Assembly: GCA_030747395.1 (NCBI GenBank)
Contig: JASLKT010000003.1
Coordinates: 1 to 55,086 of the forward strand
Direction: 5' to 3'
Length of the DNA: 55,086 nucleotides
DNA from: Candidatus Thalassarchaeaceae archaeon
Lineage (GTDB): Archaea; Thermoplasmatota; Poseidoniia; Poseidoniales; Thalassarchaeaceae
The notes under the pieces were generated by a model that searched no databases, had not been told where the DNA came from, and saw only the letters and a list, made by a program, of their open reading frames with translations. Every line of letters starts with the position of its first letter. Position 1 is the stretch's first letter. A program made the translations under genes and the position numbers. Positions 1-10,165 of the stretch are shown in pieces.

Positions 1-1093
1 TCGCCAACATTGCTGTGATTGAAAATACAGACGTTGAAGCCGCTGGATCAACATCTGCACCAGGGTCTCCGACGATTTCACCGTGGTAGGAATAGGTCGT
101 TTCGAAAACCATCACTGTACGGGTCTGTTGACAGGGGTTGGCACCATTCGAACATGGGTTCGCTGCCAAGTCATTGGTATCGGTCACTGGGTCATCTAGT
201 GTAGACACGTTCTGCCAAACGTCAACAGTGGCATCTTCACCAACGACAACAGTGTATCGGTGGCCACCAGCTGTGGCTGTGATGGGTCCGTTCGTTCCAT
301 CTCCATCAGTATCCAAATTGGATGGGGACATGGGGTCCGTATCATAATCACCTTCGAAATCAACTGTTACGGTTGTGGCTCGAGGTGCCCATGCTTCGGA
401 ACCTTCTGCGGTCACCATGAGCGCGAAGTTGTGTGGGCCTGTGCCCTGCACATTGTCATACGCACCTTGTGCCTTGCAGTCGCCACCAGGGCCATCTGTC
501 CAGCAGAGGTCAACAACGATGTCGCGGAAATGTTGGACAGTGACGGTGTAGGTCATGTCGTTGTTGGTTAGATCGGTATCCATCGAACTGTCGACATCGA
601 TTGAAATCGTTACAGTGTATTCGCCAGGAATAGTGGGTGACCATGCTAGGTCTCCACCACTTTCTGCTTGGACGCGGTAGTTACCGCCGCCCAAGAAGTC
701 ACCGGCTGGCAGCGTATTGTAGCTGCAACCAGTTACAGAGGTGGTACCGGGGCAAACAGCGTCATCGAGGTTGTCGATGACAGCGGTTTGACCATCTCCG
801 GCCGGAGTAACGGTCACACGAATGTTGAATTCTTCGTGTGCGTTGTCACCATCATTGATGATGATCGGCCGGAAATAGACGATATCACCAATGTCTATTC
901 CATTCCTAGTGTTACCAGCTTGATCCACGAATGTTTCTCGTGGTTGCAAGATGTCGTGCAGGTTCAATTCGTATGCCGCACGGCCACCAGTTTCCATTTC
1001 GTTCGTATCTTTCAGTTCATCAGCGAAGTCGATTGCAGCAAACAAGCTGGTCAACATCAACGCCGTGAGTACAATAGGTACAATTTGCTTCAC
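1..1093 (-). CDS. Large acidic secreted/surface protein, 3'-truncated by window edge
   Basis: Not in ORF track (no stop in window). Manual translation from GTG at 1093: MKQIVPIVLTALMLTSLFAAIDFADELKDTNEMETGGRAAYELN... Signal-peptide-like N-terminus, GGAGG SD upstream, open to window start; CARDB-like 'PGEYTVTISID...DTDLTNN' and a DTDGDG motif. Confidence 0.8.
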   Translation of the reverse strand, partial: MKQIVPIVLTALMLTSLFAAIDFADELKDTNEMETGGRAAYELNLHDILQPRETFVDQAGNTRNGIDIGDIVYFRPIIINDGDNAHEEFNIRVTVTPAGDGQTAVIDNLDDAVCPGTTSVTGCSYNTLPAGDFLGGGNYRVQAESGGDLAWSPTIPGEYTVTISIDVDSSMDTDLTNNDMTYTVTVQHFRDIVVDLCWTDGPGGDCKAQGAYDNVQGTGPHNFALMVTAEGSEAWAPRATTVTVDFEGDYDTDPMSPSNLDTDGDGTNGPITATAGGHRYTVVVGEDATVDVWQNVSTLDDPVTDTNDLAANPCSNGANPCQQTRTVMVFETTYSYHGEIVGDPGADVDPAASTSVFSITAMLA

Positions 1094-1140
1094 TTTACAG
1101 TCCTCCCTCACAGTGGGTGCTCCGCCACAGAAAAACTTTG

Positions 1141-1148
1141 TATTTATA
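1141..1148 (-). promoter_or_regulatory. Candidate archaeal TATA box (TATAAATA) for the 1..1093 gene
   Basis: TATAAATA on the minus strand about 48 nt upstream of the GTG, leaving a short leader that contains the SD. Confidence 0.35.
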
Positions 1149-1225
1149 GTGACCGCCGGCCCAAGTTACTTTTTTGCGGTTGAAATGGTGTTTCTTTATT
1201 AATACTGGAACAAACGATTTGTAAT

Positions 1226-4200
1226 TTAATTTACATCCCGGAGTGCTTCGGCCGGTCGAATAGAAGCGGCCTGTCGCACCGGCCAAAGTGTTGCACACAA
1301 TGTCAAGATGTAAGCACCGATGACGATCATGTAAATTTCATTCCAAGGCATGATGAATTCAGCACCATCTTCTTTGAGGAATCTATCATAAAGCGCATAA
1401 TGGAAGCCAACTCCAACCAATGCTCCGTTCAAAATCCCCAAGAATGACACCCACGACAATTCGACGAGGAAGGTCGCAACCACCATGCTCCTCTGGAACC
1501 CGAGGGCGCGCAGTATGCCGATTTGATGTCGCCTTTCACTGACGTTTCGAATGGTGACCACAGCCAATCCTGCGATGCCTACAGCCAAACCAAGAGCAAG
1601 GAAGGCCTTGAGGAGATTGAAGATGGACATGAAGAAAGTTTGGGCCTTGGCAAAGGCCACTTCAATGACGAAAACGCCGACGCCCTCTTCGATCATCCCT
1701 CTTTCAATTTCATCTGCAGCACGCTCTTGTTCGGCCAATGTGGTATCCTCTGGCATGCTAAACCAAACAATCTGTGGCTTGGCATCAAATCGCTCTTCGG
1801 CGAATTCTGATTGGATGTAGATTCCTGGAACCATGATTGAGGATTCTTGTTTGAGAATCCCTGCAACGAATACCGTACGATTGACACCTGAATTGGTGGG
1901 GTCGCTAATGAGAATGGAACTGCCTATTGTCAAATCAAGTGTTGGAGGCGGATCGACGCTTCCTTCAGGTTGAGGCGTTAGGCTAGAATCGACGATGACC
2001 AGACTCTCATCAGCTCGAACAGCGGCCCACACCTCTTGTTCGGTATCCCCTAGTTCTTCAGCCCAAACTTGCAATCCAAGCGCTCCGTGCTGCGAAAAAT
2101 TATCATCGAATCCACGTAAACCAACATTGAGCAGTGGTCCGGTTCCATCACTGCGTTCAGCCTTGACAACCCCGGTGTAGATGGTGGCGATTGAATCGAA
2201 ATCTGAAACGTTCATCTCTCCTAAATCCCATTGACTGACATCTGGATCCAACTCACTGCTACTGAAAGCAAGAATCTCGTAATCACCACCGGATTCAGAA
2301 CTCATATCCTCCAGATAATTGCCGAACAGTGCACTGTATCCAGATAAAATGACGACAGCGAAAATGACCAATGAAAACATGCCCATGGTCATGGCAGTAC
2401 GGAAGGGCGTTGCCATGGGATAAGCGAGGCTTGTGGGCAATACAGAAGCAATGCGGCCCGAAAGAGGCGCGAGGAGGCGTGAAAGGAAACGGGTGACCAG
2501 AGGGGCTAAACTGGTGAGCAACAATACGCCTGCTGCGACCAAGAAGACGCCCATGATGATGAATGAAAATGCACCCTGTTGCCATTCTGCGCTTACAGGA
2601 TCGCCCTTCCAACCCCAGATAATCATGCCGAGACTGAGTGTTGACAGAATCATGCGCGGAAGCACGACTGGGCGGTGGAATCGCATGCCTCGTAAGGTGA
2701 TGTCCTCTGGCAATATGCGGCCAAGAATCCAGAAGGCCGGTGGAACCAATGCAAGCAAGAGTGTGAAACCACCGAGCAGCCACCATGCATGTCGAGTGCC
2801 ATCATCAGGTTCACCGATGAAGAAGGCAAGGGCAAAACTGGCCAGAGAAGAAAAGCCAAGGAATAGCGTCACTAGAATCGACCACCATGGCAAACCCCCG
2901 CCGTAACGTGTTGGAATACTTCGGATGGCGGCAACAACATTGAGGCGACTGATCCACATCGATGTCATCCACAATGTCGACCATGTGACCAAGAAACCCG
3001 CTGTAAATCCGGCGAGAAGGCTTTGGAATGTCCAATCAAAAACAACGGTCCAAGACAACGTATCTTGGAATGCTGTCGCCATGAATTTCATCAATATCCA
3101 AGCGACACCAATGCCCACAAAAGCGCCAACTGCGCTTGATATCATCCCGAGCAATGCGCCTTCCTGGACGAATAGTACACGCAAATCCCCACGGTGCATT
3201 CCGATGGCTCTTGCCATACCCATCTCGGGTTTACGTTCATCGGCCAGCATGACGAAGATGTTCATCACAAGAAGAATACCAGCGAAGATGACAAACGAAC
3301 CAAAAATGAGGAACAGCATGGAGAAACTCTCCCCTGCATCAGCGGTCGCTTCAATCATTCGAATCTTGATTGGGGCGACGTTCAAGTCAGACGAATCGAG
3401 GTCTGCTTGCTCATCGGCCCATTCCTCAACACTAGACAATACAACATCGTAAACAGCCGGATTGATGAGCCCCGGTCCAACGATGATGACCATGCTACGG
3501 GCGCCGCTGCCCCCACCTGCCAACAATTCCGCATCGGGTATGGATACGAGGCCGAATGTCATGTCTGCAAACGAAGGTTGTCCGGGTGGCGAGGGGAGGC
3601 TCAGGTTTGCATCTTCAACGATGAGGCGTTCACCATCCCACTGCCCCCTTAATGCAGGAAGGTAGCCGCGCAGTCGCACAGATTCACCGGACTGGAGATC
3701 GAGTGTTTCTCCGGCCCAATCCGATACATGGATATTGCCACTGGCCACCGATGGGAAGCCCATCGTATCACAACCATCGCAACCGACAACTGTGAGTGGA
3801 ACGCGGTTCACTGAATCGATTCGAATCCTAGAAGGGAGACGACCTGACAACTCATCGCCATCGACAATCGCAACACCCGTTCCAGTTGTGACAATCAGGC
3901 GATTTGAATCTAAACTCAGGGCGGCATCATTCGTGCTGGCTGCAGGTGGCAATTCGATTTCCAGAGAGTTGAATGTCGTTCCATTCCATGCCCAAAGGCC
4001 CTCGCCATCGATCCAAAATGCATCGGATGAATAGGCGACCAATGTCCCGTTTGGGAGGCCTTGTTCCCAAGCTGAAGTGGTATTCCCATCATCTAGGAGA
4101 TACACGGATTGGCCCTCTACAACCCATGTGGAATTACCATGCTCAAACAAGTCACGTCGCTCTGTTGAATCCGAATTGCAGGTCAGTGATGTTGGATCGG

Positions 4201-5842
4201 CTCCAGAGCAAGTTTGGCTGCCCAATATGCCACCAATTCTGACCACAATCTCATCGTCATCCACGGCTAAATCAACGCCGAGCGCAGAACCATCGTCGAC
4301 CAGAGGTGCAACATTCCACGTCTCAAGTCCATTGGTAGAGGAATGCAACCAAACGTTGCCTTCATTCTCTTCAAGTGCCAATATTGTGGAATTGCCATTG
4401 TGGAATAATGCGAGTGCATCAATCGAATGGCCCTCCAGATAATTGGAATCGGGGGCATCTGGTGCCAAGTCGATTTCTCGAATGCCGTCGGCATGGGCAA
4501 TGATTGCGGATTCATTGCCTGTCAGAAGAATATCGCGAATTGAATCGTCATCGGCATCCTCAGGAGCCCAAATCCACCATTGGCCATTCTCATCCTGCAA
4601 TGATAATCCCGAACCGGTCGCATACCAATCCCAGTCATCTGTTTGTTCAATCGAAGAGATAGATGCTGATGCTAAACCGGACACGTTGAGCCATTGCTGT
4701 GCGATATTATACAACGGAACTTGCAATAATTCAACGGAATCCAGAGTGAATTCGGATTCATTGACAAGGGTTGTGAGATTGTAGACTTCATTCTCGCGCA
4801 GTTGGCCGATTCCAGTGGTCCGAGCCACAGCAATCAGACCCGATTCAGCATCTGATTCAACGGTGAAACCTGCGTCTTCGGCAATCAAATGTTCATTGAC
4901 CAATACTTTGATTTCGCTCCGTAGTACATCATTCCCATCCCCTTTAACAGCAATACCAATGTGGGAAATGATGTCCTCTTTTTCGGTAATCTGTTGAGCG
5001 TGAAGCAATGATGTGAATAACAATGGTTGACGGCTATTCTGGTGACCTGTATTGACATCAGAAACGATGTGTTGAACGGTAAGATTCGTCGTACTACGAA
5101 CGATTCCTTGCTCTAAATCGATATCGACCCAGTGGATTTCAATTGTGTCCCCCACCGATGCAGAAATGCTGTCTGAAAGTTCCTCATTGATGACTACATT
5201 TCCGTCATCGATATCGGTATATCGAATACCATTCGGACCACCAATGGGATCAAATCCGCCAATATTGGAATAATACGCATCAAACGCATACCACGTGGCT
5301 ATGGGTTCCCCTAAACCATCGAATTGTATTGAAGCATCCATTCGCATTCCTGGTCGGACCCCTTCAACATCGGACCAACTGAGTAGGGCATCGGAAATGT
5401 CGTTCGCTCGAGTCTGGTTCCATTCCGTCCACAACCCTGTTGTTCTGTCATTGCCTTTGATGTAGTAATCAGTATCACCCAGAGGCGCAAGGAATTGCTC
5501 CTCCATGGTCGCATCCAAGCTATCACCGATGACCAACGAGGAGGTCACAATTGCAGAACCAACGAGCAAACCGATGACGACAAGTGCAGTGTTTCTCTTG
5601 CGGCGAACTAGATTGTTACGGGCCATGACGGCCAAAATACGATGGCGACTTGAAAGCATCCATTGCATCGCAGACCAGACAACAAGTCCGGCGATTAACG
5701 AAAGGCCAACAAATGTGAATGTGCGCCCCAAACTCCAGTCGTAATCGTCCCACTGCAAGGCTGCAGTCAAGATTGCTGCAAGGATACTGGCACAAGCCGT
5801 CGCCACCCGTTTTTCAGGCGTCCACGGACCGGCCAGAGACAT
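1226..5842 (-). CDS. ABC transporter permease with two FtsX/MacB-like modules and a large extracellular insertion
   Basis: 'RNNLVRRKRNTAL', 'DERKPEMGMARAIGM' and 'SERRHQIGILRALGF' FtsX signatures; two TM clusters; directly downstream of the ABC ATPase. Confidence 0.9.
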   Translation of the reverse strand: MSLAGPWTPEKRVATACASILAAILTAALQWDDYDWSLGRTFTFVGLSLIAGLVVWSAMQWMLSSRHRILAVMARNNLVRRKRNTALVVIGLLVGSAIVTSSLVIGDSLDATMEEQFLAPLGDTDYYIKGNDRTTGLWTEWNQTRANDISDALLSWSDVEGVRPGMRMDASIQFDGLGEPIATWYAFDAYYSNIGGFDPIGGPNGIRYTDIDDGNVVINEELSDSISASVGDTIEIHWVDIDLEQGIVRSTTNLTVQHIVSDVNTGHQNSRQPLLFTSLLHAQQITEKEDIISHIGIAVKGDGNDVLRSEIKVLVNEHLIAEDAGFTVESDAESGLIAVARTTGIGQLRENEVYNLTTLVNESEFTLDSVELLQVPLYNIAQQWLNVSGLASASISSIEQTDDWDWYATGSGLSLQDENGQWWIWAPEDADDDSIRDILLTGNESAIIAHADGIREIDLAPDAPDSNYLEGHSIDALALFHNGNSTILALEENEGNVWLHSSTNGLETWNVAPLVDDGSALGVDLAVDDDEIVVRIGGILGSQTCSGADPTSLTCNSDSTERRDLFEHGNSTWVVEGQSVYLLDDGNTTSAWEQGLPNGTLVAYSSDAFWIDGEGLWAWNGTTFNSLEIELPPAASTNDAALSLDSNRLIVTTGTGVAIVDGDELSGRLPSRIRIDSVNRVPLTVVGCDGCDTMGFPSVASGNIHVSDWAGETLDLQSGESVRLRGYLPALRGQWDGERLIVEDANLSLPSPPGQPSFADMTFGLVSIPDAELLAGGGSGARSMVIIVGPGLINPAVYDVVLSSVEEWADEQADLDSSDLNVAPIKIRMIEATADAGESFSMLFLIFGSFVIFAGILLVMNIFVMLADERKPEMGMARAIGMHRGDLRVLFVQEGALLGMISSAVGAFVGIGVAWILMKFMATAFQDTLSWTVVFDWTFQSLLAGFTAGFLVTWSTLWMTSMWISRLNVVAAIRSIPTRYGGGLPWWSILVTLFLGFSSLASFALAFFIGEPDDGTRHAWWLLGGFTLLLALVPPAFWILGRILPEDITLRGMRFHRPVVLPRMILSTLSLGMIIWGWKGDPVSAEWQQGAFSFIIMGVFLVAAGVLLLTSLAPLVTRFLSRLLAPLSGRIASVLPTSLAYPMATPFRTAMTMGMFSLVIFAVVILSGYSALFGNYLEDMSSESGGDYEILAFSSSELDPDVSQWDLGEMNVSDFDSIATIYTGVVKAERSDGTGPLLNVGLRGFDDNFSQHGALGLQVWAEELGDTEQEVWAAVRADESLVIVDSSLTPQPEGSVDPPPTLDLTIGSSILISDPTNSGVNRTVFVAGILKQESSIMVPGIYIQSEFAEERFDAKPQIVWFSMPEDTTLAEQERAADEIERGMIEEGVGVFVIEVAFAKAQTFFMSIFNLLKAFLALGLAVGIAGLAVVTIRNVSERRHQIGILRALGFQRSMVVATFLVELSWVSFLGILNGALVGVGFHYALYDRFLKEDGAEFIMPWNEIYMIVIGAYILTLCATLWPVRQAASIRPAEALRDVN

Positions 5843-5853
5843 TGTAAAGCCCC

Positions 5854-6552
5854 CTATTCCTCTTCACCAGTACGACGATCTTCGACGACTCTGCCATCTT
5901 GCATGACCAATACACGTGAACAACGATCTGCGATTTCCGAATCATGGGTCACTAGAAGCATCGTCACACCCCGATCAGCATTCAAATTCAACAATAAATC
6001 GATGATTTCGTCGCTGGTCTGCGAATCGAGATTGCCCGTTGCTTCATCCGCAAAAATAACTGCGGGATCATGAACAAAAGAACGGGCAATCGTGACACGC
6101 TGCTGCTGTCCACCAGATAATTCGGAGGGGAGATGCCCGTCCCGATCAGCCAAACCAACTGCGTCTAGGGCGGAAAGTGCACGCTTTCGAGCCTCACGAG
6201 GTGAGCTGCCAGCCATCAATAGTGGCAACTCTACGTTTTCCACTGCTGTCAACACAGGCAAGAGATTGAATGACTGGAAGATGAAACCCAGTTGTGAACC
6301 GCGTAGGGCTGTGAGGTCATAATCGGACATCTGCGACAATGCTTGGCCATGGATGAATACATCACCTGCCGAAATTTCATCCAGCCCTGAAAGGCAATTC
6401 AACAATGTTGTCTTCCCACACCCACTAGGGCCCATTACGGCAACCATTTCACCGGGCTTGAGTGTCACACTTACCTTGCGTAAAGCTTCAACCCGATTCG
6501 TACCGGTTTCGTATACCTTCCACAATTCACGCGCTTCGAGTACCGTCGTCAT
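5854..6552 (-). CDS. ABC transporter ATP-binding protein (LolD/MacB-like)
   Basis: Walker A GPSGCGKT, signature LSGGQQQR, Walker B IFADE, H-loop VTHD. Confidence 0.95.
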   Translation of the reverse strand: MTTVLEARELWKVYETGTNRVEALRKVSVTLKPGEMVAVMGPSGCGKTTLLNCLSGLDEISAGDVFIHGQALSQMSDYDLTALRGSQLGFIFQSFNLLPVLTAVENVELPLLMAGSSPREARKRALSALDAVGLADRDGHLPSELSGGQQQRVTIARSFVHDPAVIFADEATGNLDSQTSDEIIDLLLNLNADRGVTMLLVTHDSEIADRCSRVLVMQDGRVVEDRRTGEEE

Positions 6553-6605
6553 GACTTACTGTGGGTGGAGCAGGGATATAACACTCCGTCTGTAGCGGAC
6601 TTCAG

Positions 6606-6833
6606 ATGAATTCGCATACGGTCCTCCTTTTCGGCCCACTGCGGGACAAATTTGATTCAAATACAATCACCATTGAAATGCCGGAAAACTGCTCTGTAGA
6701 AGATGTGCTGAATCACATCGGAATCGAACAACGAATCCTCAAAACCGCAGTCAATGGTGCGATTGTGCCAATTTCCACAGAATTGGTTGCACCTTCTGAA
6801 ATCGCTATACTTCCACCGGTTTCAGGCGGCTAA
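6606..6833 (+). CDS. MoaD/ThiS-family ubiquitin-like protein (SAMP-like)
   Basis: 75 aa; 'VLLFGPLRD', 'AVNG' and C-terminal 'ILPPVSGG'. Confidence 0.9.
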   Translation: MNSHTVLLFGPLRDKFDSNTITIEMPENCSVEDVLNHIGIEQRILKTAVNGAIVPISTELVAPSEIAILPPVSGG

Positions 6834-6884
6834 TCATGCGCAATCTTGAATGGGGGCGTTCGCTCAGCGGGGTTCGGTAAGCAC

Positions 6885-7163
6885 ATGGCATTCGGCACAC
6901 AGGAACTTGTAATCGTCCTCATCGCCTTCTTCGTTCTCTTTGGGGCAGAGCGTCTACCCAAACTCGCTAGATCAATAGGTCAGGCAAAGGGAGAATTTCA
7001 CGAAGGGTTGGCAGATGTCAAGAAAGCCGGCGACACAACGGAAGAAGATTTGGATCGAGGAGGTCGTACTGAAGTGGCAGAATTAACCGAAAAGGCAGAA
7101 GAATCTGGTGTCGACGTAGAGGGTAAAACACCTGAAGAAGTGGAAGATGAAATATCCGATTAA
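6885..7163 (+). CDS. tatA: Twin-arginine translocase TatA/E subunit
   Basis: 'FGTQELVIVLIAFFVLFGAERLPKLARSIGQAKGEF'; start moved to ATG 6885. Confidence 0.9.
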   Translation: MAFGTQELVIVLIAFFVLFGAERLPKLARSIGQAKGEFHEGLADVKKAGDTTEEDLDRGGRTEVAELTEKAEESGVDVEGKTPEEVEDEISD

Positions 7164-7191
7164 CCAATTGGAAAATTAAATTTCCAATTGG
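7164..7191. terminator. 11-bp perfect inverted repeat between convergent tatA and nob1-like genes
   Basis: CCAATTGGAAA-attaaa-TTTCCAATTGG fills the gap between the two stop codons. Confidence 0.5.
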
Positions 7192-7194
7192 GAA

Positions 7195-7650
7195 TTACAC
7201 CCTTCTCAAGCCTAGATTTGCACCACAATCTGGGCAAGTCTCTCCTTGCTGTTGTACCGCACCACAACCCACACACACCAAAGCATGTGTTCGCACTTCT
7301 CTGACACCATCTTGGATGACGCCCCGCCAAGGGTGGCCACGGTGTTGACACACGTTTTGCATGCGGTAATCATCAGTAACCAATGTGTGTCCTGTGGAAA
7401 ATGCAAGCGCTAGAACATCCAGATCAACGCTTGATAGGCCACTGAAATCACCGGTTTCTTGACTGGCTTGAACTGCAATTTCAATCGCAGCAGGATTTGG
7501 CGATACGAATTGCGGACCTTGAGATTCAAGCATCAGGTGACGTGAGGGAGACAGGCGCTGGACTTCGTCGAGTTGACTGGTGGCACAGATTCCTTGCATG
7601 AGCATCTCTAGCGGCCATGAGAGCAATGCAGCCGTATCGAGAACCTCCAT
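7195..7650 (-). CDS. nob1: Nob1-like PIN-domain endoribonuclease with zinc ribbon
   Basis: 'VLDTAAL', 'TGD..GLSSVDLDVLALA', 'LVTDDYRMQNV', CxxC...CPDCG; start moved to ATG 7650. Confidence 0.85.
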   Translation of the reverse strand: MEVLDTAALLSWPLEMLMQGICATSQLDEVQRLSPSRHLMLESQGPQFVSPNPAAIEIAVQASQETGDFSGLSSVDLDVLALAFSTGHTLVTDDYRMQNVCQHRGHPWRGVIQDGVREVRTHALVCVGCGAVQQQGETCPDCGANLGLRRV

Positions 7651-7739
7651 GTTGGCAAGGCAACATCGGTGTAACATCAGCCTTCCGCACCTGACGATGA
7701 TGGGAAAGGGTCATCCCTTCTATCACCCGCCTATACGAC

Positions 7740-8351
7740 ATGGGTCTACTTCCATCTGGTTTCTGGGGAGCCGTGGATTCCTTTGTTGGTTGGGCTTCGG
7801 ATCTCGGTTTACCTGGACTTGCAATCCTCTCTTTTACAGAGGCATTCATCCAACCAGTACCTCCCGAGGCCCTGACGTTACCGATGTATATCGCGGAACA
7901 AGGCAACCCTGTGATGATTTTTCTCATTTGGTTGGTTGTCACACTTTCCAGTGTTGCTGGAGCGATGGTTGGATGGTGGTTGGGTAAAGCACTGGGTCGG
8001 CCCTTCGCGGACCGATTCATCAAACAGAAACACATTGCTAGGCTGGATCGCCTAATCATTCGATATGGATATGCAGGAATTTTCATCGCTGCAATCTCAC
8101 CCATCCCATACAAGGTACTCGCTTGGATTGCAGGCATGGGTGAAATGGACTATCGGAGATTCATTATTGCCGGCATATGGGGTCGCGGGCTGCGTTTTGG
8201 CATCCAAGCCTTGGTGATTGGAATTTGGGGCAATGAATTACTTTCAGCAATGAAAAATCCATTGATATGGATTGGTTTCTGCATTATTTCAATTATCGTT
8301 GTATTCCCAGCAAAAAGATGGTGGGACAGCCTACTTGATGAGGAAGAATGA
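7740..8351 (+). CDS. DedA/YqaA (VTT domain) membrane protein
   Basis: 'SFTEAFIQPVPPE', 'SPIPYKVLAWIAG', 'GRGLRF'. Confidence 0.88.
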   Translation: MGLLPSGFWGAVDSFVGWASDLGLPGLAILSFTEAFIQPVPPEALTLPMYIAEQGNPVMIFLIWLVVTLSSVAGAMVGWWLGKALGRPFADRFIKQKHIARLDRLIIRYGYAGIFIAAISPIPYKVLAWIAGMGEMDYRRFIIAGIWGRGLRFGIQALVIGIWGNELLSAMKNPLIWIGFCIISIIVVFPAKRWWDSLLDEEE

Positions 8352-8392
8352 CCGAACCCCTCATCAACCCGATTGACTGCGGTTAGGCTGTC

Positions 8393-8470
8393 GCTCGCGT
8401 GGTGTAGCTAGGCCCATCATGGTGGGTTTTCATCCCGCTGACTCGGGTTCGAATCCCGACGCGAGCACCA
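8393..8470 (+). tRNA. tRNA-Glu (TTC)
   Basis: Acceptor GCTCGCG/CGCGAGC plus ACCA; anticodon arm GTGGG-TTTTCAT-CCCGC; T-loop GGTTCGAATCC. Confidence 0.93.
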
Positions 8471-8524
8471 TTCTACAATTTTTGGGAGTCCAAAATGGGC
8501 GAACCCCAAGGAGGTAATCTGTTG

Positions 8525-9301
8525 TCACTGGCGCTCACGATAGGATGCTAGTAAGCCGCTCAGAAGAATTCCCAATGCGATGCCCACTTGCATTCCTTGT
8601 GAGTGTGCACCTTCTCCTGCCAAATCACGGAAAGCGAACGCAAAGGCTACTGTGATTGGCCCACCCAAGAAAATGAAGCGGAGAAGCCATTTTTTGACCG
8701 TAGGTGCATCTCCAATTGGGCGCAGTGTCACGGAACCTTTCTTGAGTAATAATTCCCAATTCAATTCTCCTGTGATTTGACGCAACCTTTCGATTGCCAT
8801 TGGGCGTATTTTCGGACCCGCTTTTGAATTCAATCCTCGACCCGTGATGATTCGGATTCGACCCAGCCAATCGCGTGATTGGATGATGAGTTCGATAATG
8901 GCTTTCGATTGCTTCAAATCCAAATCGTGTAAATCAACGGTTAGCACACCACGATCTCGACGAACGTGAGAAGAGATTGTCCACGGACTTTCATCCGCCC
9001 AAGGAAGGGTCGTTGCTGCTTCTTCGATGGGGTGAAGCAACATTTGCAGCCGATCAAGTGGATCTATTTCGACAGAACTTTCCAACAACCTACGATTTCG
9101 TTCAACATATCGTACCGATGTATAACTCAAGATTACCACGGTCGTTGAAATGCCGACCATGCCTCCGATTCGGAGTGATTGATCAATATTCGAAACATCC
9201 ATCCCATTGGCAAAAATGTGCATGAAGAAGGACATCGTGCCAATCATGAGGCCCAATACAGTGGATAAGGAGAACAAGTCCCTCACCCTGAGCTCGGTCA
9301 T
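8525..9301 (-). CDS. Membrane protein with central Smr/MutS2-C domain
   Basis: 'VDLHDL' and 'IRIITGRGLNS' Smr motifs, flanked by two N-terminal and two C-terminal hydrophobic helices. Confidence 0.75.
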   Translation of the reverse strand: MTELRVRDLFSLSTVLGLMIGTMSFFMHIFANGMDVSNIDQSLRIGGMVGISTTVVILSYTSVRYVERNRRLLESSVEIDPLDRLQMLLHPIEEAATTLPWADESPWTISSHVRRDRGVLTVDLHDLDLKQSKAIIELIIQSRDWLGRIRIITGRGLNSKAGPKIRPMAIERLRQITGELNWELLLKKGSVTLRPIGDAPTVKKWLLRFIFLGGPITVAFAFAFRDLAGEGAHSQGMQVGIALGILLSGLLASYRERQ

Positions 9302-9388
9302 GAATACGCCGTGGTGTTGTCGGCTATGAAAGAGGCGGCAGAGAATACAACAGGAAGCACATTAGGTGCAACTGGAAGTCGCGCCGAC

Positions 9389-10165
9389 ATGGAGCCGCCC
9401 TTTCGCAATGGATTGAAAGAGCGAGGCCGTGAAATAAAGGTCAGTCGTTGGGTTTTGGGCATTGCTGGATTCTATTGTATCTCGATGTTTTTGGTACCAT
9501 TCATGATGCCCACGGGTTCTGTTCCAGAACTGTCGGGTCGAGCGAATATGATGGATTATTCATCTGAAGGATCATGGGGGAACCATGACCATGTGGAAGA
9601 CGGTGAAATGGGCCATAATCAAAGCGCCCACGGAGGGACATTCGCGTGGTCAGAATTGAATCCGTACTATGCTTTCGTCTATGCTTTTGGAGATTTGAAC
9701 TGTCATCAGAAACACGAACGTTCGTGGACGATTAACGGCAACCAGATGCCTGTTTGTGCTCGCGATGTGGGAATCTTTCTCGGACTTGCTCTCGGCGGAT
9801 GGTGGTTCTCAAGGCGAGGATTGAATCGATGGACCATACGCGATTCCTTCTTGACTCTCTTTCCCGATTCGATGATTGCCCCACTCTACACGAGCGATCG
9901 GAGATTATCTGCAATGTTTGGTACTGGTATTCTGTTTTGTTTACCCGTCGTCCTCGATGGAGGAATCCAAGCAATTAGCGCATACGAATCAGTCAACCCA
10001 GTTCGAATCCTCACCGGAATTCCGTTCGGCTTCATCATCGGCTGGTACTTGTGTGCAAGTCTGTCATCTAGACCCGAGAAATTTGGTTTTGAAGCCGCTG
10101 ATGTTCAACTTCCAGCGGGTGCCCGTTTGTCAACTGCAGAGAATACTTCGGATGAAAGTGAATGA
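9389..10165 (+). CDS. DUF2085-like membrane protein
   Basis: 'CHQKHERS...QMPVCARDVGI' and 'DGGIQ...NPVRILTG'. Start uncertain (9311, 9326 or 9389). Confidence 0.75.
   Translation: MEPPFRNGLKERGREIKVSRWVLGIAGFYCISMFLVPFMMPTGSVPELSGRANMMDYSSEGSWGNHDHVEDGEMGHNQSAHGGTFAWSELNPYYAFVYAFGDLNCHQKHERSWTINGNQMPVCARDVGIFLGLALGGWWFSRRGLNRWTIRDSFLTLFPDSMIAPLYTSDRRLSAMFGTGILFCLPVVLDGGIQAISAYESVNPVRILTGIPFGFIIGWYLCASLSSRPEKFGFEAADVQLPAGARLSTAENTSDESE

Noticed and set aside
19..1202. Plus-strand ORFs (19..204, 138..347, 260..571, 668..1183, 951..1202)
   Set aside because: Shadows of the minus-strand secreted-protein gene 1..1093, which has an SD and signal peptide.
8393..8525. tRNA-Glu (or tRNA-Ser) as a genomic-island attachment site
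   Set aside because: No integrase and no duplicated tRNA 3' end noticed; flanking genes look like ordinary chromosomal genes.
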